64,000 nt of DNA from a bacterium (GCA_044868695.1 JBIOWP010000105.1:31740-95739); one strand, 5' to 3'. Counted from the stretch's first letter, positions 9,352 to 18,211 are shown. The notes: generated by a model from the letters alone, not told the origin. Translations and numbers: made by a program.

Positions 9352-10306
9352 CGCGGGCCTGGGGGAACATCTTCTCGGCCAGCGCGTGCCCGAACGGCCG
9401 GCGGTACGCGGCGGCGTGGAAGATTTCCCTGACTTCCTCGTAGGACGCACCCGCCCGCAGGGGGGTTAGGAGATCCGCCTCGTCATCTCGCAGCAGGCAC
9501 AGTCGAAGCCGGCCATCGGCCGTCAAGCGCAGGCGGCCGCACTTTGCGCAGAACGGTTGGCTGACCGGGCTGATGAAGCCGAGCGTTCCAGCCGCGCCGG
9601 GCAGATGGTAGGTGCGGGCCGGATCGTCGCCGGAGAGGTTGACGGGCTGCAGCTGCCCGATGGCTCCCTCGATCCGCCCGATCGTCTCTTCGGACTTCAC
9701 CACTCCTGCCTCGGCGAAATCTCCAACACTTCCGAACGGCATCATCTCGATGAACCGGACTTCCCAGGGATGCTGCAGCGTCAATGCCGCCAGGGGGACG
9801 ACGTCTTCCTCGTTGAAGCCGCGGACCACGACGCTGTTGAGCTTGATCGGCTCCAGGCCGGCCCGTTCGGCCGCCGCGATCCCGCCCAGCACCTTGTCCA
9901 CGCGGCCCCCTCGGGTGATGCGAAAGAACTTCTGGGGGTCCATCGTATCCAGGCTGATGTTGACGCGGCGCAGGCCGGCCTCCGCCAGCGGCGCTGCCAG
10001 GTACTCCAGCAGCAGGCCGTTGGTCGTCATGGCCACGTCCTCGATGCCGGAGATGGCGGCAATCCGGCGGACCAGGTCCACGACGCCGGGCCGCACCGTC
10101 GGCTCGCCGCCGGTGAGCCGCACCCGCGTCACCCCGAGCTCCGCGGCCACTTTGACCAGCAGCACGAGTTCGCCGTCGGACAGAAGGTCTTCCGGCGGCC
10201 GGAAGTCGATCCCGTCGGCCGGCATGCAGTAGACGCACCGCAGGTTGCAGCGGTCCGTCAGGGAGATGCGCAGGTCCTTCAGTTCCCGCCCGTACTGGTC
10301 CTTCAT
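9329..10306 (-). CDS. moaA: GTP 3',8-cyclase (molybdenum cofactor biosynthesis)
   Basis: LRISLTDRCNLRCVYCMP, RLTGGEP, FCAKCGRLRLTADG..RLCL, C-terminal IGG; ggagg RBS and TGgTATAAT upstream. Confidence 0.96.
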   Translation of the reverse strand: MKDQYGRELKDLRISLTDRCNLRCVYCMPADGIDFRPPEDLLSDGELVLLVKVAAELGVTRVRLTGGEPTVRPGVVDLVRRIAAISGIEDVAMTTNGLLLEYLAAPLAEAGLRRVNISLDTMDPQKFFRITRGGRVDKVLGGIAAAERAGLEPIKLNSVVVRGFNEEDVVPLAALTLQHPWEVRFIEMMPFGSVGDFAEAGVVKSEETIGRIEGAIGQLQPVNLSGDDPARTYHLPGAAGTLGFISPVSQPFCAKCGRLRLTADGRLRLCLLRDDEADLLTPLRAGASYEEVREIFHAAAYRRPFGHALAEKMFPQARVMIQIGG

Positions 10307-10337
10307 GCGTCCTCCAGCGATGCCACGATTATACCAT

Positions 10338-10412
10338 CCGGTCATACATGGGGTCTGACCCTATTGAAGACTCCCGCCGGTCACACATAGGGTCTGACCA
10401 TATTGAAGACTC
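10338..10412. repeat. Two 36-bp direct repeats (39-bp period) with a GGTC-T-GACC palindromic core, between divergent moaA and maoC
   Basis: ccggtcatacatggggtctgaccctattgaagactc and ccggtcacacatagggtctgaccatattgaagactc, 3 mismatches. Confidence 0.85.
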
Positions 10413-10433
10413 GCACCCGAGGGGGATGAGCAC

Positions 10434-10850
10434 GTGGAGTTCAAAGCCGGGCAGCGCGCGTCGATTTCGAAGACCATTACCGAGGCGGACGTCTATGGGT
10501 TTGCCGGAATTACCGGGGACTTCAATCCGTTGCACGTAGATGCGGAATATGCGCACCGCAGCCGGTTTGGCGAGCGCATCGCCCACGGCATGTTGACGGC
10601 CGGGCTGGTCTCCACTGTTCTGGGGATGCGTCTGCCGGGGCCGGGAGCGGTGTACCTCAGCCAGTCCCTTAAGTTCCTGAAACCCGTCAAGTTCGGGGAT
10701 ACCGTCACGGCCGCGGCGGAGGTCGCGGCCTACCGGCAAGACAAGCGGGTCCTGACGCTCCGCACTTCCTGCACGAACCAGGACGGGGAGACGGTCGCTG
10801 AGGGGGAATCGGTGCTGCTGGTGGACGCCCCGGCGATGCCAGGTAGATGA
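10434..10850 (+). CDS. MaoC/PhaJ-family (R)-enoyl-CoA hydratase
   Basis: FAGITGDFNPLHVD...FGERIAHGML, PGPG..YLSQ..KF..PV..GD hydratase-2 motif. Confidence 0.9.
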   Translation: MEFKAGQRASISKTITEADVYGFAGITGDFNPLHVDAEYAHRSRFGERIAHGMLTAGLVSTVLGMRLPGPGAVYLSQSLKFLKPVKFGDTVTAAAEVAAYRQDKRVLTLRTSCTNQDGETVAEGESVLLVDAPAMPGR

Positions 10851-10874
10851 CATATCCTTAACTTACTGAGGGGG

Positions 10875-10902
10875 TTGCACCGGCGAGCAGGATCAGTACA
10901 AT
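10875..10902 (+). promoter_or_regulatory. Possible sigma-A promoter
   Basis: TTGCAC-16 nt-TACAAT. Confidence 0.5.
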
Positions 10903-10934
10903 ATACGCTGACGGCACCGGGGGTGCCGGTTCGG

Positions 10935-10948
10935 CGAACTGCAGTTCG
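10935..10948. promoter_or_regulatory. Gram-positive-type LexA (SOS/Cheo) box candidate
   Basis: CGAAC-TGCA-GTTCG matches CGAAC-N4-GTTCG; lies between the promoter and the start codon. Confidence 0.6.
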
Positions 10949-10990
10949 TATCTTGTGTGGGCCCACATTACACAAGAGGCGGTGAAGCGA

Positions 10991-11227
10991 GTGGGAAGAA
11001 CAGCGACGGCACGCGCAACGGCCCGGACGGCACGCTCGGCGTCCCGCCGGTCCCGCACCCGCACGAGGTTGGAGCGCTGCGCGCACGGCCTCCTGCGGGG
11101 CACCTGCGCCATCTGCCTGCAGATGGAAGAAACGATTGACGACTTGCACGCCGGACGGCTGGCGCCCGAAGAGCGACCCGGCCGTTTGCGCGGCGGCGAC
11201 GACGCCGAAGAGGCCGAGGAGGAGTAG
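10991..11227 (+). CDS. Small hypothetical protein: basic N-terminus, CxH-x6-CxxC motif, acidic tail
   Basis: ERCAHGLLRGTCAICLQ; promoter upstream; start uncertain (10982 or 10991). Confidence 0.6.
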   Translation: MGRTATARATARTARSASRRSRTRTRLERCAHGLLRGTCAICLQMEETIDDLHAGRLAPEERPGRLRGGDDAEEAEEE

Positions 11228-11236
11228 CCGCGCGGA

Positions 11237-11575
11237 ATGGCCAGGCTGTGGCGGGCAGCGGTAGCACTATTCCAGGGGGTCGGCCGCGGAGTACGGCGCG
11301 TTCTCGACGTCAAAGTCGGCTTTGAGCGCAAGGAAGACCCGTTAAGGACTCTATACCACCAGCCCCTGCCGCCGCGCCTCGCGATGAACTGGTGGGGGCT
11401 GGTGTTCGGGCCCTTCTGGTACCTCGCCAAGGGGCTGTGGGTGCATGCCTCGATCCTTCTGACGATGGCCCTCCTCAGCGGGGGCATCTTGATTCCCTTC
11501 ATCTGGCTGTATGCGGGGCTGAAGGCGGACGAAGACCTGCTGGACGCGCGCATCATGTGGAAGAGCTACTACTAG
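11237..11575 (+). CDS. DUF2628-like membrane protein
   Basis: NWWGLVFGPFWYLAKGLW motif followed by TM segments. Confidence 0.72.
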   Translation: MARLWRAAVALFQGVGRGVRRVLDVKVGFERKEDPLRTLYHQPLPPRLAMNWWGLVFGPFWYLAKGLWVHASILLTMALLSGGILIPFIWLYAGLKADEDLLDARIMWKSYY

Positions 11576-11682
11576 CAAGCCAAGTGCAGGAGTAGGGATC
11601 AGGGATCAGCTAGACCCTGGTCCCTTGTATTTCTAATCCATAATCCCTGCCCCTAATCCCGTAGTATAATTCGCTCCGGCGG

Positions 11683-11758
11683 GCCGCTGTAGCTCAACTG
11701 GCAGAGCGCCTGATTTGTAATCAGGAGGTTAGGGGTTCGACTCCCCTCGGCGGCTCCA
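11683..11758 (+). tRNA. tRNA-Thr(TGT)
   Basis: 76-nt cloverleaf: acceptor gccgctg/cggcggc, anticodon arm cctga-tttgtaa-tcagg, GGTTCGA T-loop, encoded CCA; TATAAT at 11665-11670. Confidence 0.97.
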
Positions 11759-11811
11759 AGAGGAAGCCGGTCGGTTTGACTTCATTGATTCCTCATAGGG
11801 AGGGGATCGCG

Positions 11812-12189
11812 ATGCCGAAGGATCTCACGGTCAGCCTGGAGGACCGCCCGGGCCAGCTGGCGATGCTGGGCGAGGCACTGGGGAAGGCGAAGGTCAACCT
11901 CATGGGTGGGTGCGCCTTCACGTCCGCGGGGCGGGGCACGATCCACCTGCTCGTCGAGGACAAGGCGGTCGACGCGGCCAAGCGGGCGCTGCAGGGAGCG
12001 GGCGCGTGGGTCCAGGGTGAGCGAGATGTTCTCGTCAAGAAGATCGCCGACCGGCCGGGGACGCTTGGAAAGGTCGCGCGCAAGCTGGCCGATGCCGGAG
12101 TGAATGTCGACCTGTTGTACCTGGCCACCGATACCCGCGCCGTCTTCGGCGTGAACGACATGGAGAAGGCCAAGAAGGCGCTGAAGTAG
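11812..12189 (+). CDS. Tandem ACT-domain protein
   Basis: EDRPGQLA..GEALGKAKVNL and ADRPGTLGKVARKLADAGVNV; strong RBS. Confidence 0.88.
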   Translation: MPKDLTVSLEDRPGQLAMLGEALGKAKVNLMGGCAFTSAGRGTIHLLVEDKAVDAAKRALQGAGAWVQGERDVLVKKIADRPGTLGKVARKLADAGVNVDLLYLATDTRAVFGVNDMEKAKKALK

Positions 12190-12194
12190 CGCCC

Positions 12195-12359
12195 ATGCTG
12201 AGAACGCCCTTCACAGCCATGCTGGGGTACGGTCCCCATCCAGCAGGCCGGCATCTGGGCGGGGTCAGGCGTCTCCAGCCGGCGGCCGAGATCGTGCGCG
12301 AGCTCGCTGAGGAAGCAGACACTCTGCTGAGCCGCTGGGGAGACGGTCAGCGCCGGTAG
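12195..12359 (+). pseudogene. Internally deleted nitronate monooxygenase/FabK-family remnant
   Basis: MLRTPFTAMLG then, after a frameshift, TVPIQQAGI (family N-terminus), joined to GGVRRLQPAAEIVRELAEEA..LL (family C-terminus). Confidence 0.6.
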
Positions 12360-12646
12360 AAGACACTCAGGGCATCTGGCCCCAGGAACGCAAAGAGGAC
12401 GATCGCGAGAAAGACCATCGGCGTGACGACCGCGTACACCAGGCTGAGCTTTTCATATCTGAGGTGCATGAAGTAGGCGACGATCAACGCGGCCTTCATC
12501 AATGCCATGATGATCAGGGACCCCACCAGCAGGACCCGGGGGAAGTGAACCAGTACCGCTCCCAGCTCCAGCAGCGTGATGACCAGCAGCCAGAACCAGA
12601 CGACCCCGTAGACCCGATACCCGCCTGGATGAGTCCCTTCTGCCAT
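12347..12646 (-). CDS. Cytochrome c oxidase subunit IV family
   Basis: Y..VWFWLLVITLLE, KAALIVAYFMHLRYE; last gene of the cox operon. Confidence 0.88.
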   Translation of the reverse strand: MAEGTHPGGYRVYGVVWFWLLVITLLELGAVLVHFPRVLLVGSLIIMALMKAALIVAYFMHLRYEKLSLVYAVVTPMVFLAIVLFAFLGPDALSVFYRR

Positions 12647-12658
12647 GGTCCGCGCTCC

Positions 12659-13276
12659 CTAGATCAGATACAGCAGCGTAAAGATGAAGACCCAGACCAG
12701 GTCCACAAAGTGCCAGTAGAGCCCTGCGATCTCCACGCTTTCCGGCTGAATGCCGCCCCGCATCCACCGCACAACGGTTGCGAGGAGGTACAGGACGCCC
12801 GCGGAGACGTGCCCGCCGTGGAACCCGGTCGTGATGAAGAACGTGGCAGAGAACTGGGGAATGCCCCAGGGGTTGCCGAACAGCCGGGCTCCCTCGTGGA
12901 TGAACTTGGACCATTCGTACACCTGGCCGCCGAGGAACATCAGTCCCCCGAGCGCCGTCAGGAGCAAGTAGGGAATGACGCGGCCGCGGTCGCCGCGCTT
13001 GGCGGCCGAAACGGCGACGGCCATCGTCGCGCTGCTGCAGATGAGGACAAACGTCATCGCGCCGACGAGGTAGAGATTGAAGATCTCCGCCTGCACCGGC
13101 CAGCGGCCGAGGGAGATCCGCATCACGCCGTACCCGGCGAGCAGCCCCGCGAATGTCAGGGTGTCGGACACCAGGAAGAGCCACATCATCAGCTTGGGCC
13201 AGCCGACGGCAAACGGCGAGGTGCCGCCGCTCCAGTCTGATGCCATCGTCTGTTCCTGACGCCCGACTTCAGCCAC
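12659..13276 (-). CDS. Cytochrome c oxidase subunit III (paralog 2)
   Basis: KLMMWLFLVSD, FFITTGFHGGHV, GLYWHFVDLVWVFIF. Confidence 0.92.
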   Translation of the reverse strand: MAEVGRQEQTMASDWSGGTSPFAVGWPKLMMWLFLVSDTLTFAGLLAGYGVMRISLGRWPVQAEIFNLYLVGAMTFVLICSSATMAVAVSAAKRGDRGRVIPYLLLTALGGLMFLGGQVYEWSKFIHEGARLFGNPWGIPQFSATFFITTGFHGGHVSAGVLYLLATVVRWMRGGIQPESVEIAGLYWHFVDLVWVFIFTLLYLI

Positions 13277-13297
13277 CGCCGATCCCTCCGAGAACTG

Positions 13298-13936
13298 CTA
13301 CAGCGCGAACAGGATCACAAACAGGTAGATCCACAACCCCGTCAAGAAGTGCCAGTAGGTCGCGACCGGATCGACGACATCGAGCGTTTCTGCCGCCGTC
13401 AGAGCGGCCGCCGCCCGGCGAAGCGCATAGAGCAGCGCGGCGATGCCTCCGGTCAGGTGCAGCCCGTGCGCGGCCGTCAGCAGATAGAAGAACGCGCTGT
13501 GCGGATTTGTGGCCAGGTATACGCCGGCTTCGCTCAGCTGCTTCCAAGCCGCGAGCTGTCCCCCGAGGAAGCCCAGGCCCAGGGCCGTCGTCACGGACAG
13601 GCCCATCCGCAGCGCGTCTACCTGCCCACGCCGGCCGCGGCGCCGCGCCCACTCGATGGCCAGGCTGCTGGCACAGATCACGGCGGTGCTGACCCACAGC
13701 ACGCCCGGAAGCGGGCCGACCCGCCAGTCTGGCTCGCCGCGGCGCGCCAGATAGGTGCTGGTGAATGCCGCAAACAAGATCGTGATCGCGCTGACCAGCA
13801 GCCAAACAGCGATCCGCGCGGAGTTCGTCGCCGGAACCGCGGCATCCCCACCGCCGCCGCCCGGCCCGCCGCTCCCCACATCGCCGGGTCCTCTGGAGGA
13901 GGGGGGTCGCTCGAGTGTGGGAGTTTTCATCGGCAT
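13298..13936 (-). CDS. Cytochrome c oxidase subunit III (paralog 1)
   Basis: FFYLLTAAHGLHL, YWHFLTGLWIYLF. Confidence 0.9.
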   Translation of the reverse strand: MPMKTPTLERPPSSRGPGDVGSGGPGGGGGDAAVPATNSARIAVWLLVSAITILFAAFTSTYLARRGEPDWRVGPLPGVLWVSTAVICASSLAIEWARRRGRRGQVDALRMGLSVTTALGLGFLGGQLAAWKQLSEAGVYLATNPHSAFFYLLTAAHGLHLTGGIAALLYALRRAAAALTAAETLDVVDPVATYWHFLTGLWIYLFVILFAL

Positions 13937-15741
13937 CAGGCGGCCTCAGGAGGTTCCGGTGGTCCATCGCCTCCGGCTACCGGCACCGCGCTCACCGGCA
14001 CCGTCTGCGGCACAAAGTCGTCTGGGGCGCCCGGTACACTGTAGTCATACGGCCAGCGGTGCACCGTCGGCAGAGTCCGGCCCCAGTTGCCGTGAGGCGG
14101 GGGCGAGTCGGCCTGCCACTCGAGCGTGTTGGCGTGCCACGGGTCGCGGGAAGCTTTCGGGCCGCGGAACAGGCTGTACAGGAAGTTGCCGACGAAGATC
14201 ACCTGGGCCAGCCCCAGGCCAAACGCGGCGAGCGAGACAAAGACGTTCAGCCCCTGCAGGCCGCGCAGGAACTCATACATCTGAGGAGAGTAGTACCGCC
14301 GCGGCTCGCCCGCCATTCCCAGGAAGTGCATCGGGAAGAACGTGGCGTAGATGCCGACGAACGTCAGCCAGAAGTGAATCTTGCCCGCCCGTTCGTTCAT
14401 CATCCGGCCGAACATCTTGGGGAACCAGTGGTACAGTCCGGCAAACAGCCCAAAGAGGGCGGCGCTGGCCATGACAAAGTGGAAGTGCGCGACGACGAAA
14501 AAGGTGTCCTGGAAGTAGATGTCGACCGCGGGCGAGCCCAGGAAGATGCCGGTCAGCCCACCGGTGACGAAGAGGGAGACGAAGCCGATCGCAAACAGCA
14601 TCGACGGTACGAAGCGGATCTTCGCCCGCCACAGCGTGGCGATCCAGTTGAACGTCTTGACCGCCGAGGGGATGGCGATCGCCAGCGTCGTGACCATGAA
14701 GGCGGTGCCGACCAGCGGGTGCATCCCGCTCACAAACATGTGGTGGCCCCACACGACGAAACTCAGGAACGCGATCGCGCAGATGGACACCACCATCGCT
14801 TTGTAGCCGAAGATCGGCTTCCGGCCGTGGACGCTGAGGACCTCCGATACGATCCCCATCGGCGGGAGGATCAGGACGTAGACTTCGGGGTGGCCCAGGA
14901 ACCAGAACAGATGCTGCCAGAGGAGCGGGTTGCCGCCCTGATGCGTCACCAGCTGGCCGCCGACCACCAGCCCCGAGGGGACGAAGAAGCTGGTCCCCAG
15001 GTGACGGTCGAACAGCAGCATGATGACCGCCGCAAACAGCACCGGGAAGGACAACAGCATCAGGATGGCGGTGACGAACTGGGCCCAGGTCACCAGCGGC
15101 AGCCGACTCATCGACATGCCCCGCGTGCGCAGCTGCAGGACGGTCGTGATGTAGTTCAGCGACCCCAGCAGGAATGAGACGATGAGGATGGCCAGGCTGA
15201 TCAGCCACAACGTTTGGCCCAGCTTCGAGCCCGGGGCGGCGTCTCGCAGGGCGGAGAGCGGAGGATAGGCCGTCCAGCCTGCGTTAGGGGCGCCTCCGTC
15301 TACGAAGAACGCTGCCAGTAGTACGATGATGGCCGGCGGGTACAGCCAGTACGACACCATGTTCATGAACGGGAAGGCCATGTCGCGCGCGCCGATGGTC
15401 AGCGGGATCAGGAAGTTGCCGAAGCCGCCCGACAGCGCCGTGGTCAGCACGAAGAAGATCATGATCGAACCGTGCATTGTCACCACAGCCAGGTAGAAGT
15501 CCGGCTTCATCAGCCCGTTGACGAATCCCCCGGGGAAGAGGAGGCCGGCCAGCGGCCACTTCGCTCCGGGCCAGCCCAGTTGGAGGCGGATCAGCATCGC
15601 GAGGACGCCGCCGATCAGGGCCATCACCAGCGAGGTCATCATGTACTGGATGCCGATGATCTTGTGGTCCTGGCTGAAGATGTAGCGCCGGACGAAGCTC
15701 AGGTGGTGTTCCTCGTGGGCCGTCTCGTGCCCGACCGCCAT
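13936..15741 (-). CDS. ctaD: Heme-copper oxidase subunit I, A1 type
   Basis: DHKIIG, TMHG, ARDMAFP, GWTAYPPLS, FWFLGHPEVY, WGHHMF, VVAHFH. Confidence 0.96.
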   Translation of the reverse strand: MAVGHETAHEEHHLSFVRRYIFSQDHKIIGIQYMMTSLVMALIGGVLAMLIRLQLGWPGAKWPLAGLLFPGGFVNGLMKPDFYLAVVTMHGSIMIFFVLTTALSGGFGNFLIPLTIGARDMAFPFMNMVSYWLYPPAIIVLLAAFFVDGGAPNAGWTAYPPLSALRDAAPGSKLGQTLWLISLAILIVSFLLGSLNYITTVLQLRTRGMSMSRLPLVTWAQFVTAILMLLSFPVLFAAVIMLLFDRHLGTSFFVPSGLVVGGQLVTHQGGNPLLWQHLFWFLGHPEVYVLILPPMGIVSEVLSVHGRKPIFGYKAMVVSICAIAFLSFVVWGHHMFVSGMHPLVGTAFMVTTLAIAIPSAVKTFNWIATLWRAKIRFVPSMLFAIGFVSLFVTGGLTGIFLGSPAVDIYFQDTFFVVAHFHFVMASAALFGLFAGLYHWFPKMFGRMMNERAGKIHFWLTFVGIYATFFPMHFLGMAGEPRRYYSPQMYEFLRGLQGLNVFVSLAAFGLGLAQVIFVGNFLYSLFRGPKASRDPWHANTLEWQADSPPPHGNWGRTLPTVHRWPYDYSVPGAPDDFVPQTVPVSAVPVAGGDGPPEPPEAA

Positions 15742-15756
15742 CGTGAGATGCGCCTC

Positions 15757-16590
15757 CTAGCGCGCCTGTTGCGCCAGCCAGGCCTGGACGGCCTGCTGGG
15801 ACTCCACCGTGATCTGACCGCGCATGATGTAGTGGCCGACCCCGCACAGCTCCGCGCAGGCGATTTCGTACTTGCCCTCCCGGGTCGGCGTGAACCACAA
15901 TTCGATCGTCATCCCCGGCACCGCATCCTGCTTCACGCGGAACGCCGGGATGAAGAAACTATGCAGAACATCCTTCGAGCGCAGCCGCACGCGGACGGGA
16001 CGGTTCACCGCCAGATGGAGATCTCCACCCCGGACGACGATGTCATCCGCGCCGGCCGAATCCGCCCGATCCAGGCCCATCGGGTTGTCTCTGACGTTGA
16101 TCCGCGCCGGGTCGGTCCGGCCGAAGACTCCGTCGGGCCCGGGATAGCGAAAGAGCCAGCCGAACTGTTCGGCCCGTACGTCAACGACCATCGCGTCCGC
16201 CGGCGCGGGGCTGTGCACACGTCCCCATACGACGGCACCCATCGAGATCAGGGTCACCAGCACGGCCGCCGGGACCAGCGTGTAGGTGAGCTCGAGCGTC
16301 CGGTCGTCATGCCAGTACGACGCCCGGCCCGTGCCGCGATCCGCGTACAGCCATACGAACGCCGCCATGAGTACGTGCACCAGAACAAAGACGATGCCGG
16401 TGACGACCAGCGTGGTGTAGATGAGGCGGTCAACGTCTACGCCGTGGGCGGAAGCGACGGGCAGCAGCCACCAGCGCCCGCGGGCCAGCAGCGTCATGCC
16501 GACGCCGCCCAGCACGACCATGACAACAAGGAGCGAGGCGAGCTGCCGACCGGTGCGGCGCTCGCCGGCAGAGCCTGGGACTTCCGCCAT
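15757..16590 (-). CDS. ctaC: Cytochrome c oxidase subunit II (CuA, no fused cytochrome c)
   Basis: DVLHSF, KQDAVPG, CAELCGVGHYIM CuA motif. Confidence 0.94.
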   Translation of the reverse strand: MAEVPGSAGERRTGRQLASLLVVMVVLGGVGMTLLARGRWWLLPVASAHGVDVDRLIYTTLVVTGIVFVLVHVLMAAFVWLYADRGTGRASYWHDDRTLELTYTLVPAAVLVTLISMGAVVWGRVHSPAPADAMVVDVRAEQFGWLFRYPGPDGVFGRTDPARINVRDNPMGLDRADSAGADDIVVRGGDLHLAVNRPVRVRLRSKDVLHSFFIPAFRVKQDAVPGMTIELWFTPTREGKYEIACAELCGVGHYIMRGQITVESQQAVQAWLAQQAR

Positions 16591-16681
16591 CTGGGTGACG
16601 TCCTCAGAAACTGACGTGCAGTTGCACTACATTACGCTGGCATACTTTGCCTTCTCGGGGGTCAACTCCTTGTCGAGCGGA

Positions 16682-17017
16682 CTACTCAGCGAATGCCTCA
16701 AACACCGGGGGGAACGTCAACAGGAATCCCAGCGCGATGAGGACGAGCGCCCACGTGAACGCGCGTCCGAAGTTGATCGGTTTGTTTTTCCACGCCGAAT
16801 GCAGGCCGCCCCAGGCTACCAGCCAGGTGAGCACGCCGACTCCTGTCTTCCCGGAGAGCGCCCCCACGGCGTTCTTCCAGGCTAGCGCGCTGCTCACGCC
16901 TGCCGATGCCGACGCCAGCGTCGTCATCAGACCGATCGTAAAAACGCCAATGCCTGCCGCGATCACCGCCGCCGCTCCTGCTCCCGAAGCCCTCCGTACC
17001 GGTGAGCTCGCCATCAT
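16682..17017 (-). CDS. Hypothetical membrane protein (3 TM)
   Basis: Hydrophobic helices, GALSGKT..WL..W and LLTFPP; aggaggg RBS; follows the 17029-17541 gene. Confidence 0.75.
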   Translation of the reverse strand: MMASSPVRRASGAGAAAVIAAGIGVFTIGLMTTLASASAGVSSALAWKNAVGALSGKTGVGVLTWLVAWGGLHSAWKNKPINFGRAFTWALVLIALGFLLTFPPVFEAFAE

Positions 17018-17028
17018 GTGTGCCCTCC

Positions 17029-17541
17029 TTATCGGATCGGCGCGACTTTGTTCAGGAATGCGCCAAACAGCCCGGCGATGCCGGCCGCGACGAAGGCCAG
17101 GGTGAACAGCCAGAGCGCCGCCTTCCGGAGACGGGAATCATCCGCCAGTTGGGTGCCGTAGTAGGCGACGAGAAACGCCACCGACGTTGCGAGGATCGGC
17201 GCAAACCATCCGATATGTTCCTTCCACTCCATCCCGAACGTGTGCCACTTCGCCGTCGCCGGATTGGCTAGGAGAAGAGCACGGGGGCTGGTCGGGATTC
17301 TTGCCCGATACCAGGGATAGACGACGTACGTGCCGGTCAACACCGTGACCCACGCCACCACCGCCATCACCCATGTCCCGGCGAGCAGCCTCCGCAGCCG
17401 TTCCTTGATCCCCGCTACCGTCACCAGCTCCGGTCGCAGACTGTAGAGCCCGGCCAGACCGCCGGCGAACGCCAGAAGGAACAGGGAGCCAAAGATGAGA
17501 CCGTGCAGTACCGTCCAGAGTTCTCGGACCGTCACGCTCAT
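17029..17541 (-). CDS. Hypothetical 4-TM membrane protein with conserved-looking His residues
   Basis: LHG, YPWYRA, WHTFGMEWKEH, NKVAP; aggaggg RBS. Confidence 0.78.
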   Translation of the reverse strand: MSVTVRELWTVLHGLIFGSLFLLAFAGGLAGLYSLRPELVTVAGIKERLRRLLAGTWVMAVVAWVTVLTGTYVVYPWYRARIPTSPRALLLANPATAKWHTFGMEWKEHIGWFAPILATSVAFLVAYYGTQLADDSRLRKAALWLFTLAFVAAGIAGLFGAFLNKVAPIR

Positions 17542-17617
17542 GCGTGTCCCTCCTTCCTGAAGAGGCAGTTCCGGAGGAGGGTATCAAACCCTCCCCCGGA
17601 GGTGATGCGGGCTCGAT

Positions 17618-18211
17618 TTAGGCTGCGACGGCCGGCTGTCTGGGCTGCCCAAAGATCCTGCCGGGCCTCCACGGGGTCCCCAGAGCCGGGAGCAGCACAC
17701 GATCCAGGCCGTAGTAGCCGGCGACCTTCCAGGCGAGAATCAGGACGATGGCGATCAGGAACAACATTGGATTGGTGGACGCCGAGCCGGCCATCATGAA
17801 GTTCCAGTTCATCGCACCGCCGAAGAAGGCCGCGATGCCGACGAACGCGCCCAGCACCAGCGCGATCCCGATCAGCAGCTCGCCGTAGGCCACCAGCTTG
17901 GCGAACCAAGTGTAGGCTCCGATGTCCAGCATGTACTGCAGGAAGGTGCGGTACCAGTCGAACGAGATCGCCGGCCGCGCGGGCGGCTGCGGGATGGCGA
18001 CGGCGCGTTCCCAGTAGACTTTGAGAGCGGCACCGGTGCCGGTCCAGGCCTCGATGCCGACCTTGTGGCGGGCGGCCTCGATCCACTGCCAGCCCAGCCA
18101 CACCCGGATGATCGCCCACAGCCAGGCGTAACGGGTCGTATTGAATAGGATCCGAGTAAACCCAGGATCCTCGAAGTATGTGACATCCTTCCCTGGTGCT
18201 GCCACGGCCAT
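17618..18211 (-). CDS. DoxX / TQO small-subunit DoxD-like membrane protein
   Basis: RVWLGWQWIEAA..K, WYRTFL, VAYGELLIG.ALVLG, MNWNFMMAGSASTNP, AGYYGLDR. Confidence 0.88.
   Translation of the reverse strand: MAVAAPGKDVTYFEDPGFTRILFNTTRYAWLWAIIRVWLGWQWIEAARHKVGIEAWTGTGAALKVYWERAVAIPQPPARPAISFDWYRTFLQYMLDIGAYTWFAKLVAYGELLIGIALVLGAFVGIAAFFGGAMNWNFMMAGSASTNPMLFLIAIVLILAWKVAGYYGLDRVLLPALGTPWRPGRIFGQPRQPAVAA

Noticed and set aside
10338..10412. Possible mini CRISPR array (36-bp repeats)
   Set aside because: Only two units separated by 3 nt, with no spacers and no cas genes
11683..11758. tRNA-Thr as integration site of a prophage or island
   Set aside because: No integrase, phage genes or convincing duplicated tRNA 3' end in the window; the 10-bp match at 26141 lies inside a CDS
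12659..13936. Two subunit III genes as a novelty
   Set aside because: Tandem subunit III paralogs are already known in many A-type oxidase operons
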